From Candidatus Latescibacterota bacterium (lineage in GTDB: Bacteria; Latescibacterota; CBDEFO01): DNA of 64,000 nucleotides. Of this stretch, positions 29,880-39,537 are shown in pieces. Made by a program: the position numbers and the translations under genes. Where the stretch lies: contig CBDEFO010000008.1 of the NCBI GenBank assembly GCA_965237525.1, positions 608,001 through 672,000 on the forward strand, written 5' to 3'. How positions within the stretch are numbered: the first letter of the stretch is position 1; each line of letters starts with the position of its first letter. Below the pieces are notes generated by a model. The model saw only the letters and a list, made by a program, of their open reading frames with translations, did no database searches and was not told the origin of the DNA.

Positions 29880-31163
29880 GTGACCCGCGCTCGTACTCCC
29901 AAACTCTTATATGTCTTTCTTGTCCTTCCTCTTTTATACTGCTCTGATAGAGATAGGTCCAATCCATTTGATCCCCAAAACCCGACTACTGAGGGTCGTC
30001 CTACTGGACTCAGAGTCGTTGCCGGGGATAGGAAGGTGGATTTAAGCTGGGACTTTTCCTCTTTTTTTGATATAACTGGCTACAACATATACCGCAGAAA
30101 AGAAGGCGAAGGCAATTCGCAAAAGATTACTCCGAAGCCGTTTTCAAGAGAGTCTGTCTCCTTTACTGACGAAGATGTTGTAAATGGTGAGACTTATCTA
30201 TACAGTATAAGCGTCTTAGTAGAAGGGTCTGGAGAAAGTTCGATATCTGTCGAAGAGCAGGCCACTCCCGGGCCCGAGGTCGGCTGGATAGCCGACAGAT
30301 CCGCCGGGCGGGTCTATAAGATAAGCCCCGATGGAAGGGACATAATCCTTGAGGTATCGGACTTGAGGGAGCCCGTCTCTCTTTCTGTAGACCGCACCGA
30401 CCATAGCTGCTGGGTGGCGGATAGATTCTCTGGTGAAATCCGTCAGATCACGTCCCAGGGCAACTTTGGGGCACGCTTTGAAGGCGTGAGACTCCCATCA
30501 GACATCCGGATAGACTCCCAGGGCGGCCTGTGCTGGGTCATAAGCTCGGGGGAGAGAAAGGTGATCTGGGTGGAACTTCACCAGTTCCGACAGGGTAGCC
30601 CTTTGGATAATATAATCTTTAACGTCGTGGACGCCAACTTCGACGATCCAACAGATCTTTCCCCTTTGGAAGGATTGTGCTGGATCTCAGATCGGGCAGC
30701 CGGTCGCGTCATCAAATACCCTGTGTCTGGCGCAAATCCAGTTATCTTCCCGGACATCGATTCCCCATCAGATGTCGCCTCCGATGAGCGTTCGGGCGAC
30801 TGCTGGGTCGTTGTCAACGGCTTTCGGATAGACAGACTCAGTTCAGAAGGGGATTCCGTTTTAGCCGTCACAGATACTCTGGATGCAGTAAAAGCCATAG
30901 ATGTCGTCGCATCCACAGGAGAAATCTGGGCAATCGGAGGGACGGCAATCTATAAATTTGATGGAGACGGGGAATTAAATATCGCTGTTGAGGGCTTTTC
31001 AAGTGCCTCAGCACTTGCTGTAAACGATACAGATGGCAGTTGCTGGGTCATATCCAGAATCAGACTTTGGAAGATCTCTTCCGACGGAGAAATTCTAAGC
31101 TCGCTTGGGGGACAGTTTTTCAACCTTATCGACGTGGCAGTGGATCCGGGCAGAGGAGAATAG
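29880..31163 (+). CDS. Lipoprotein with FN3 domain and beta-propeller (NHL-like) repeats
   Basis: LLYC lipobox-like site, RSNPFDPQNP, VDLSW...GYNIYR, repeated CWV/W-D units. Confidence 0.75.
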   Translation: MTRARTPKLLYVFLVLPLLYCSDRDRSNPFDPQNPTTEGRPTGLRVVAGDRKVDLSWDFSSFFDITGYNIYRRKEGEGNSQKITPKPFSRESVSFTDEDVVNGETYLYSISVLVEGSGESSISVEEQATPGPEVGWIADRSAGRVYKISPDGRDIILEVSDLREPVSLSVDRTDHSCWVADRFSGEIRQITSQGNFGARFEGVRLPSDIRIDSQGGLCWVISSGERKVIWVELHQFRQGSPLDNIIFNVVDANFDDPTDLSPLEGLCWISDRAAGRVIKYPVSGANPVIFPDIDSPSDVASDERSGDCWVVVNGFRIDRLSSEGDSVLAVTDTLDAVKAIDVVASTGEIWAIGGTAIYKFDGDGELNIAVEGFSSASALAVNDTDGSCWVISRIRLWKISSDGEILSSLGGQFFNLIDVAVDPGRGE

Positions 31164-32949
31164 CTTGAATCTCAAGATAAATACGCAGATCTTCAGCCTA
31201 TTGACCGTTCTTATTCTCCTGGGAGAAAGCTCAGCTCTGGCCGGTACGAGCGGATACCTCAGGATAGAAGAGGACTTTCAAAAGGGAGACATAGATTACG
31301 AAGCCGCGCTGGAATATAAAGCCTACTTTATATTCGACAGGTCGAAACTCCCTCCCGATTACCAGCAAGGAGGCAACCTGCCCATCTGCGGAACTCCTGA
31401 TATCCTGGAGATCCATTCCGAACTGTGGAGATTGAGCAAACCCCTCCAAATAGAGGTCACTTCTTATTTTCAAAGGCCCCTTCTTGAAAAATCCTACGAC
31501 AGCCCAACGGGACATTTTCGCATCCATTACAACACCACAGGGACAGGAGCTGTAGACCCAAGAGACAGGAACATAAACCGCGTACCCGACTTCGTAGAGG
31601 AGACGGCAGCGGCTTTCGACAGCGCATGGTCGGCACAGATAAACCGTCTGGGCTACAGGGAGCCGCTTTCCGACGGTGGAGAAGGCGGAGGAGATCAATA
31701 CGATGTATATATCATCGAGATGACCTCAAGAGGAGCTTTCTACGGCTTTACCTATCCCGAGAGTTCTCGCGGCAATACGTCTACCAGCTATATGGAAATA
31801 GATAACAACTATACGGACAGCATCTACAGACAGACAAGGGGTATTGATGCACTCAAGGTGACAGCCGCCCACGAATTCTTTCACGCAATTCAATTTGCTT
31901 ACTACGACGGCAGGGACGCTGCCTGGTGGCAGGAGGCGACTGCCACGTGGATGGAGGACTTTGTCTACGACGAGATAAACGACTACTTTCAGTATCTCAA
32001 CTCCTTCTTGAATTCTCCCAACGATCCTCTCGACAGAGCAAGAGGCCCTGCAGATATACATCCCAACGGAGCATCGTTATTCTGCCACTATCTGTCCGAA
32101 AGGGAAGAAGGCGGCGAAGACTCTATCAGGAGGACCTGGGAGGAGCTCGCTGAAGCCCGTAGGATGACCTTTTCAGCTTTTGAGAGGTCAATCCCTGGAG
32201 GACTGGCGGATGCCCTGTCAGAATTTGCCGTGTGGAACTTCTTTACCGGCTCAAGGGCAAAGCCCGGCCTGTTCTATTCCGAAGGAGCATTCTATCCGGA
32301 GGTGTCTGCGGACGATATAGTAATAGAATTGAGCAAAAAAGTGGCGGCAGATTCCAGATCCTGCCAAAGACTCGGATCCGATTACGTCATTGTTCTACCC
32401 AGAAGGGGATCTGGTTCTGCATCAATCTCCTTCCAGGGGGATCAGAGCGCAAAATGGAAACATAAGGTAATCCTGCTTAACGAACAAACTGAAGTCCAGG
32501 TATTAGACCTCACCGAGAGAGTGGGGACAGTGACAGGATGGGGATCTTACGAACAGGTCGCTCTGGTATCCACAGCCACAGCTACAACGGGCGGACCTTT
32601 TTCTTACTCCTATGAAGTTCTTTTGGATTCTATGGCAGTAGAAATCTCCGGCCCCATTTTAGGGCAGAGCTACCCTTCTCCTTTCCTTTCTGACGGGACC
32701 AAGAAAGTTACCATGCCCGTGAACCTCAACGAATCCCAGAGACTAAGCGCTCAAATATCCATATTCACATTTTCAGGGGAACTGGTCAAAAGGCTGACGC
32801 TGGAAAATCCCGACTCTCCGGACAAATTCTGCTGGGACGGAAGAAACCAAAACAATGAACTTGTGGGATCTGGATTTTACATATATCAACTGGACGGAGA
32901 GGGCATAATAGAAAGACGTAAGCTGGCGGTGATAAGGGAGAATCTATGA
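31164..32949 (+). CDS. Secreted MXAN_6640-like metalloprotease with C-terminal FlgD-Ig-like domain; start uncertain
   Basis: HFRIHY, VPDFVE, TAAHEFFHAIQFAY, WWQEATATWME; C-terminal WDGRNQNNELVGSGFYIY. Confidence 0.82.
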
Positions 32950-34271
32950 GCTTGTTAGGGTCTATGGTGCTTGTACTGGTCTCCTGGGGGCTATGCTACC
33001 CCGAATCGGAAAAGATGGACAGCTCCACCACATTGGTTAATCCTCCCTTCAAACATACCCTGGGCATCAACAGAGTCAACCAAGCCATGCTTATCCTTCT
33101 GGCGGGAAGCGAGGCGGCGATTGACAACCCGGAGGGCATAGCCGCTGTGAAACTTTCCGCCTTTGACGATCCTTCCACAGAGAAGGACGACGACGAAGTT
33201 ACGGTCTATGGAGTGAACTCTGGCAAAGGAAATATTATCTACAGCACATCCATATGGACTTTAGACGTATTTGGAGAAAAAGGAAGGGCAGACGGACAGT
33301 TTCTGAATCCCTCCGGAATCGCAGCCGATAGAGTGGGCAACGTATATGTAGCCGATACAGGCAACCACAGGGTCGTCCACCTTTTAAATTCAGGGGGGAA
33401 ATTAAAGTTCATAGCGAACATAGATCCAGGCGGAACGTCTGCTGCGGGGGGATTCGACAGCCCCAAAGACGTCGCATTGGGAGACGGCGAAATATTCGTC
33501 ACAGACTACAAAAAGAGCGTAATTCAAGTATTCGATGCGGACCATAAACTTAAAAGAACGATAGAAAATATCCCCCTCCCTCTGGGAATAGCGGCCAACG
33601 GCCCAAAAGAAAAATGGTCTTACAGAAAACAAAAAGCAATATACGTTATAGTCGAACATGGGAAGGGCATTATGAAATTGGACTTCTGCGGAAACCTCCT
33701 GTCCCAGGTCGATATAGAGAATACAGGTTTCCAAGACGGAAAACTTCTCTATCTGGCGCTGGACTACTACGACAACGTATATGCAACAGACCAGACAAGC
33801 AGTTGCGTCCACAAATTCGATAGAGACTTGAACTATATAACCTCCTTCAGCAGGAGGACAAGCGACGGAAAACTCATCTCGCCCAGGGGAATTGCTATCT
33901 CTCGCCAGTTGGGACAAGTCTTCGTCGTGGACCCAGATGGAGTCAGCTACTACTGGATCGGCACAGACTTCAAGAGTATTGATGTGAGCTTTTTGGAAAC
34001 CGAAGCTCGGGGCGAAGTCAAGATATCCCTCGTTCCCACAGAGAGATCATTTGTAAATGTGAATATATTTAGGGGCGAGGATCAAGTAAGAGGGCTCGCA
34101 GCCAAAAGCATAGTGGAAATTCTTGGACGCACCTTTATCTGGGATCTAAAAGACGAGGGTGGAAAGCCCGCACCTCCGGGAGAATACACCGTGGAGATCG
34201 GAGCTCGCTCTACCTACTCCTCCTACAAACACTTTGAAAAGAAAGTCCAAAGGGCTGTAAAAGTAAGATAA
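32946..34271 (+). CDS. Secreted NHL-repeat protein with C-terminal FlgD-Ig-like domain
   Basis: GQFLNPSGIAAD...VYVADTGNHRV; WDLKDEGGKPAPPGEY. Confidence 0.8.
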   Translation: MSLLGSMVLVLVSWGLCYPESEKMDSSTTLVNPPFKHTLGINRVNQAMLILLAGSEAAIDNPEGIAAVKLSAFDDPSTEKDDDEVTVYGVNSGKGNIIYSTSIWTLDVFGEKGRADGQFLNPSGIAADRVGNVYVADTGNHRVVHLLNSGGKLKFIANIDPGGTSAAGGFDSPKDVALGDGEIFVTDYKKSVIQVFDADHKLKRTIENIPLPLGIAANGPKEKWSYRKQKAIYVIVEHGKGIMKLDFCGNLLSQVDIENTGFQDGKLLYLALDYYDNVYATDQTSSCVHKFDRDLNYITSFSRRTSDGKLISPRGIAISRQLGQVFVVDPDGVSYYWIGTDFKSIDVSFLETEARGEVKISLVPTERSFVNVNIFRGEDQVRGLAAKSIVEILGRTFIWDLKDEGGKPAPPGEYTVEIGARSTYSSYKHFEKKVQRAVKVR

Positions 34272-34287
34272 CCCACAGATTGAACTG

Positions 34288-35196
34288 ATGAAAAAGTTGG
34301 CCAAGACATTTGTGATAACAGCCTTGACGTTCATCCTATACGCCGATATTCTCCATAGCAAAGAGACAAACGGACTCGTCATTTTGATAACAGACTTCGG
34401 GACGAAAGATTTCTACGTCGGAGCCGTCAAGGGAGTCATATACTCGATCTACCCCGAGGTGAGGATAGACGATATCTCGCACAACGTCTCCTCCTTCGAG
34501 GTCGCCGAAGGAGCTTACACCCTCCAGAAAGCCGCAGCCGAGTTCCCAAAGGGAACAGTCTTCGTCGCCGTAGTGGATCCGGGTGTGGGAACCGAAAGGA
34601 AGCCTGTGGCCTTAAAGACCAAAGACGGAAAGTTCTTTGTAGGGCCTGACAACGGTCTCTTCAGTGTGGTGATGGATAGCTTGGGAATCGATGTCATATA
34701 CGAAATCTCCAACCCCCACGTAATGCGTAAAGGCAGACTATCCAGCACATTTCACGGGAAAGACATCTTCGGCCCCTGCGCCGCTCATCTGGCTTCGGGA
34801 TTCCCTATAGAGCTTGTGGGGCCTGTGCTTAAAGATTATGTCAGACTGAAAGCTCGTTCTCCTGTAGTGCAGAAGGATACGATCATAGGCAACGTAGTAA
34901 CGATAGACAAATACGGAAACGTGATTACAAACGTGCAGGAGGAACTGCTAAGAAAGATCGAAATTGGAAGAGGTGACCTTGTAATACTTAAGATCAAAGA
35001 TGTAGAAATGAGAGCCAAATACGTGAAGGCTTACGCAGATGTCCCTACAGGAGAATATCTTTGTCTGATCGGAAGTACAGGCGCCTTTGAGGTGGCGATC
35101 AACATGGGGAATTTGGCCCAAAAGATCGGGGTCAAAAGAGGGGATAGCATAAGCATAAGAAAGATCCTACAGACGAAAAGAGGTGAAAAGCTATAA
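34288..35196 (+). CDS. SAM-dependent chlorinase/fluorinase / SAM hydroxide adenosyltransferase (DUF62) family
   Basis: LITDFGTKD, VVDPGVGTER, GPDNG, STFHGKDIF, DKYGNV. Confidence 0.9.
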   Translation: MKKLAKTFVITALTFILYADILHSKETNGLVILITDFGTKDFYVGAVKGVIYSIYPEVRIDDISHNVSSFEVAEGAYTLQKAAAEFPKGTVFVAVVDPGVGTERKPVALKTKDGKFFVGPDNGLFSVVMDSLGIDVIYEISNPHVMRKGRLSSTFHGKDIFGPCAAHLASGFPIELVGPVLKDYVRLKARSPVVQKDTIIGNVVTIDKYGNVITNVQEELLRKIEIGRGDLVILKIKDVEMRAKYVKAYADVPTGEYLCLIGSTGAFEVAINMGNLAQKIGVKRGDSISIRKILQTKRGEKL

Positions 35197-35882
35197 GTTC
35201 AACTCTTATCGCCTTTGTCAAAGAACCTGTTCCCGGGCAGGTCAAGACCCGACTTACCCCGCTTTTGGACCCTCACAACGCCGCAAAGCTGTACAGAGCT
35301 TTCCTTCTCGATCTACCGAATCTTTTTGAGTCCACAAGATGTGACCATAAGGTGATAGCTTATTCCCCCGCGCATGCCCAGGCGACGATAAAATCTATCA
35401 TAAAAGGCGCATTCAGCTTTCGGCCTCAATATGGGAAGAGTTTAGGCGAAAGACTGATCGAAGCGTTCAAATGGGTATTTGAAAAGGGAGGATCCAAGGC
35501 CGTCATAATCGGGTCAGACAGCCCAGATCTTCCTGCCGATTATATAAATTTATCCTTTGAAGCGCTTGATGATAACTCCGTTGTGTTAGGTCCCTGCACA
35601 GATGGCGGATACTATCTTGTCGGGCTAAAAGAGGAGTTCCCGAAAATGTTTACGGACATAGAGTTGGGAACGGATAAAGTTCTAAATGAAACGCTGACGA
35701 CAATCCGGACAGAGGGGAAAAGCCTCCATCTTCTGCCGCCATGGTATGACGTGGACACGCCTGATGAATTGGAGTTCTTAAAGACACATTTAACAGGGCT
35801 GGTCTTGGCGGGCAAAGACATAATCTGCAAGGAGACGTTGAAGATCTTGGAGGAGACAAATTTAGCAGACAGCAAACAGTAG
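35193..35882 (+). CDS. DUF2064 / TIGR04282-type glycosyltransferase-like protein; apparent ATA start
   Basis: In-frame FVKEPVPGQVKTRL upstream of the listed ORF start; IIGSDSPDL, LGPCTDGGYYLVG, WYDVDTPDEL. Confidence 0.85.
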   Translation: MSSTLIAFVKEPVPGQVKTRLTPLLDPHNAAKLYRAFLLDLPNLFESTRCDHKVIAYSPAHAQATIKSIIKGAFSFRPQYGKSLGERLIEAFKWVFEKGGSKAVIIGSDSPDLPADYINLSFEALDDNSVVLGPCTDGGYYLVGLKEEFPKMFTDIELGTDKVLNETLTTIRTEGKSLHLLPPWYDVDTPDELEFLKTHLTGLVLAGKDIICKETLKILEETNLADSKQ

Positions 35883-36054
35883 ACAGCGTACAGGGACTCT
35901 CCCCGGTGCGCTTCGTCAACTATCTACGACCTTGCTTGGCTTGGCTGGAAATGACATCTGCTGAGAACTTTGGTCATTCCGAGGTGTCAATGCCCCGACC
36001 CCGTCAGGAGCTGTGACCTCGAAGAAGACGCGAAGCTGAATAAGAGGCAATCTC
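35863..36054. repeat. Family C heptamers and a family B element between convergent genes
   Basis: agcagacagcaaacagtagacagcgtacaggg; ggtcattccgagg...gaggcaatctc. Confidence 0.6.
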
Positions 36055-36097
36055 CATTAGAAGGCCTTTCCCTGTGTGCTATGTCTGCCTTCAGCAG

Positions 36098-36427
36098 CTA
36101 TTCCCCCTGTTCCTTCATCTCCTTTTCCATCTTCTCCTGTCTGACTGCTGACAGATGCTCCTCCTTTTCCTTTAACTCCGTCTCGAGCTCCTTGATAGTC
36201 TCTATGAGCCTGGTTACCTCTTCGTCCTTCTCGATGTTCGACTTTCCCTCTTGGATGAGCCGATATACGGTGATCCCTAACTCGGTTTGCGTCCCTTTTA
36301 TCCTGTTTTTGACGTTAGCCACGTTGAGTCTGGCCTTGCTCACTCTTGTCAGATCCTCGGTGGTCTCCACGATTGTAGAAACCCCCTCGCTGACGGTCTT
36401 TTTTACCTTATCCCAAACTCCTGCCAT
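36098..36427 (-). CDS. Hypothetical coiled-coil protein
   Basis: Amphipathic helical 109-aa ORF with GAGGTG RBS, 7 nt downstream of the BMC gene. Confidence 0.75.
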   Translation of the reverse strand: MAGVWDKVKKTVSEGVSTIVETTEDLTRVSKARLNVANVKNRIKGTQTELGITVYRLIQEGKSNIEKDEEVTRLIETIKELETELKEKEEHLSAVRQEKMEKEMKEQGE

Positions 36428-36434
36428 TTTTGGT

Positions 36435-36917
36435 TCACCTCTTTTCTCTGGCTTTTCTGATCTCCCCAGTTAACTTCTCTTTGTTGGCTGATGAAATCTG
36501 CCTCCCCTTTATACTCAATCCTTGGATGCCGCGGGCCAATCTTCTGAGTTGCACAACCGTCATAGAATCCAGATCGTTAGAAGGGACGTCACCGACTTTG
36601 GAGGGATCCTCTACTCCTGCCTCAGCCCTTTCCCTTGAAATGTCCCTCAGACCAAGCACATTTATGAGATCGCCATAGGGTCTGGGTATAACGTGCATGC
36701 TTACAAGCTCGCCCACTTCTTTGACGGCCTCTCCGCCTGCACTCACCGCAGCCTGCACAGAACCCACATCGCCTATGATACTTATCATAACCAGTCCCCC
36801 TGTGGTCAGTTTGTAAGAGACTACTTCTACGTTCGCGGCCTTAGCAGCCGCATCGGCAGCCTCCACAACACCCACAAATCCCTTAGTCTCTATAAGTCCT
36901 AGTGCCTTTTCTTCCAT
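36435..36917 (-). CDS. Bacterial microcompartment shell protein (BMC-H) with C-terminal helical extension
   Basis: ALGLIETKG, EAADAAAKAANV, GDVGSVQAAV, HVIPRP; tail LDSMTVVQLRRLAR...ISSANKEKL. Confidence 0.9.
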   Translation of the reverse strand: MEEKALGLIETKGFVGVVEAADAAAKAANVEVVSYKLTTGGLVMISIIGDVGSVQAAVSAGGEAVKEVGELVSMHVIPRPYGDLINVLGLRDISRERAEAGVEDPSKVGDVPSNDLDSMTVVQLRRLARGIQGLSIKGRQISSANKEKLTGEIRKAREKR

Positions 36918-36920
36918 ATT

Positions 36921-36955
36921 AGGGCTCCGCATGAGGGCTCCACTTAGGGCTCCGC
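36921..36955. repeat. Three tandem AGGGCTCC units (12-13 nt period) at the BMC gene start
   Basis: agggctccgcatg agggctccactt agggctccgc. Confidence 0.6.
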
Positions 36956-37042
36956 CAATTCTAAGTTAAGCCGACAGGACATCTCCCATCCCTTAAGATT
37001 TCTTCGCTGACCCTTCGCTTCGCTCTGGGCTTCCCCTGACCA

Positions 37043-37150
37043 CCGATAGAGTCAATCGGGGACTCGCAATGACACCCTTTGACTTGACCCTCAGTCGTTG
37101 CAAGGGGTGGAACCCCGACCCCGAAGGAGACGCGAAGCGGAACCAATCTC
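37043..37150. repeat. Composite family A + B repeat; its 32-nt end is an exact inverted copy of 54599-54630
   Basis: ccgatagagtcaatcggggactcgcaatgac...ccccgaaggagacgcgaagcggaaccaatctc. Confidence 0.8.
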
Positions 37151-37170
37151 ATCTGTCTACTTAGATCCGT

Positions 37171-38187
37171 TTAATCCGCGAAATGCCGGTATCCTGAGCT
37201 CTCCAATTTCTCTTTTTTTCCATCGCCGTAGACAATATGGATCCCCTCTTTTGGATCTGTGATATTGCCTATAACTGACATGGGAGTTCCTGTCCTCTCC
37301 TGGAGAGAATATTTTACTTTCTGGACATCCGATTCCCCGAGCGTAAAGAGGAGCTCAAAGTCCTCGCCACCCGACAGGGCGTATTCCATACCAGTAGAAG
37401 AATCTTGGGCCGCCACTTGACGGGTGGCGCTATGTATCGGAACTTTATCGGAGAATATCTGCGCCCCTTTGTTGCTCTCTCTGCATATATGATTCATCTC
37501 CGACGACAGCCCGTCGCTTATGTCTATCGCAGCATGGATCGGAGCGACATCTCCCATAGCAAAAGCTTCTGAAATTCTGGGATAAGGTCGGCGATATCTT
37601 TCTTTTAAATAATCTAAATCTGCAGAGTCAAGATTAAAATTTGCGGTTCCAGATAGAAGTTCCAATCCGGCTTTGGAACCCCCTAATGCACCCGTCAGGC
37701 AGATTGCGTCACCGATCTGAGCGACGCTTCGAAGAGTCAACCTTTCTTTATTCGTCCTCCCCAAGACTGAAATCGAAATTACAGCCGAATCTGGAGACGA
37801 TGTAGTATCTCCGCCGATTATGGGACATCCGAACTCCGATCCGACCCGGTCCATCCCACTGTAGAGAGCCTCAACGTCCCCGACGTCCATCTTCTTTGAA
37901 AGGCAAAGGGAGACCAAGGCGCAGACCGGCTCACCTCCCATGGCCGCTATGTCGCTCACGTTAGCGGCCATCGCCCTCCATCCGACATCGCAAAAGGGCA
38001 TGTGCTCCCTTTTGAAGTGCACTCCTTCTACTAAAGTGTCGGACGCAAATAGCAAGAGATTTCCATCCTCTGCCTCTAAAACAGCAGTATCATCTCCAAT
38101 GCCAATTATAACGAATTTTTGGGGTGTTGTCACGCATTTTTTTATTCTGTCTATAAGGCCAAACTCTCCCAAATCTGTTATATTCAT
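37171..38187 (-). CDS. thiL: Thiamine-monophosphate kinase
   Basis: GEFGLI, GIGDDTAV, NVSDIAAMGG, GGDT, IDISDGL, GGEDFELLF. Confidence 0.95.
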   Translation of the reverse strand: MNITDLGEFGLIDRIKKCVTTPQKFVIIGIGDDTAVLEAEDGNLLLFASDTLVEGVHFKREHMPFCDVGWRAMAANVSDIAAMGGEPVCALVSLCLSKKMDVGDVEALYSGMDRVGSEFGCPIIGGDTTSSPDSAVISISVLGRTNKERLTLRSVAQIGDAICLTGALGGSKAGLELLSGTANFNLDSADLDYLKERYRRPYPRISEAFAMGDVAPIHAAIDISDGLSSEMNHICRESNKGAQIFSDKVPIHSATRQVAAQDSSTGMEYALSGGEDFELLFTLGESDVQKVKYSLQERTGTPMSVIGNITDPKEGIHIVYGDGKKEKLESSGYRHFAD

Positions 38188-38192
38188 AGCCG

Positions 38193-39281
38193 CTACCTCT
38201 CGTACTCCCTGTCCAACTTTATCTTATAGTCCTCCGTCAGAATATTTTCCCCCTTATACAGCGCGTTAATGTTTGTCTCCTGCCTCTTCATATAAGGATA
38301 CGGGAGCATGCCCACCAGATAGATCGGATAGAGAATTGCAAAAAACCCTAAGAAAAAGTCCTGGAAAGAGTGCAAAAAGCGGACATTCCCGTATTCAGCA
38401 TAGAAATCAGCAAGTGGATCTAAGAGTCCAAGCGATATATCTCCGCTATTTCCGACCATCTTCAGGAAATCCTGTAAATATAAGACCCCCGCTATGCCCG
38501 CTACCATGCTCGTCCACCCCACAAGTCGCACCCTCCTTTTGATCTTGCGTATCTTGCCGTGGTTTTCCCTGTAGAACCTCTCCAGATAGTCTCTCAGCCA
38601 ACCACACCTGTGATTCATCCTGAAGTATTCTACGTAATCATCAAGGAACAGCCCACTTTTTTCTATCTCCTCTATGGCCGTTCCTTTCACCAAATTTATG
38701 ATGTATCCCAACTGCGAAGCCCTGTTCATCTTTGAAACTGATCTTAGCCTCTTTCTATCCGACAGAAAGTCCTGACAGCAAGCGTCCAAGGAGAAGAATA
38801 TCTCCTCAATTCGCTCTATGCGCTCCCCAAGTTCCTCCAAGTCCCAAGCGCCTTCTTGCTTAAAGAGATCCAAAAAGAGTCTGAGCTTCGCATCTAAGGA
38901 GCAGAGCTTTACATCGTCCTCCCGATGCCTGCGCTCAGACCAATCGAGGCAATCTATATGGAGGCCGTCTATCTGGTACTCTGACGTGCTCTTTATAAGG
39001 GACGCCAGAGACGAAAACGACTCCGACTTTAGAGCCATGTCCAATACGACATCTACCTTATTCCGTCCGGTGATAACCCCAGACAGACCCAGCTTCTGCC
39101 TTATGACCTCCAAAAAAGTGGAGAAGTACTTTTCCGCTATCAGCACATACCTGTAGTGGAGGGAATCTATGAAATGCGACAGCGCATCTTTTAGAAGCTC
39201 CTCCTGCTGTACTTCATATTCCCTTAGCCCCTCTGCACCTGAAGTCTGAAGGAGATCCTCTAATAGCTTTTTTCTATCCAT
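38193..39281 (-). CDS. Hypothetical membrane protein (large helical region, two C-terminal TM helices)
   Basis: 362-aa ORF overlapping the upstream gene; hydrophobic segments WTSMVAGIAGVLYL and FFLGFFAILYPIYLVGML. Confidence 0.75.
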   Translation of the reverse strand: MDRKKLLEDLLQTSGAEGLREYEVQQEELLKDALSHFIDSLHYRYVLIAEKYFSTFLEVIRQKLGLSGVITGRNKVDVVLDMALKSESFSSLASLIKSTSEYQIDGLHIDCLDWSERRHREDDVKLCSLDAKLRLFLDLFKQEGAWDLEELGERIERIEEIFFSLDACCQDFLSDRKRLRSVSKMNRASQLGYIINLVKGTAIEEIEKSGLFLDDYVEYFRMNHRCGWLRDYLERFYRENHGKIRKIKRRVRLVGWTSMVAGIAGVLYLQDFLKMVGNSGDISLGLLDPLADFYAEYGNVRFLHSFQDFFLGFFAILYPIYLVGMLPYPYMKRQETNINALYKGENILTEDYKIKLDREYER

Positions 39282-39535
39282 TCTCCTTCTCCTGTTTCCT
39301 CTTTAATAGACATATCCAACAGGGCGTTGAGGTAGTTTCTTGTCACTATGCTGTACGCCTCCTCGACATCCAGGTCTCTTTCTGCTCTATCTGATAAGTG
39401 AGCCCTTCGTATCGAAGCGATTCTCCAGTTGACCGAATCTATCAACTCCGATAGCGGTTCGTAATCTTCCCCGTCCTCTCCCTGCTGCAGTGGACGCTCC
39501 GCCTTCATTAAGTCTACCACCACCTCGTTCCACAT
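39260..39535 (-). CDS. Small acidic hypothetical protein
   Basis: 91-aa ORF starting 2 nt after the upstream stop and overlapping the next start. Confidence 0.6.
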   Translation of the reverse strand: MWNEVVVDLMKAERPLQQGEDGEDYEPLSELIDSVNWRIASIRRAHLSDRAERDLDVEEAYSIVTRNYLNALLDMSIKEETGEGEWIEKSY

Positions 39536-39537
39536 AT

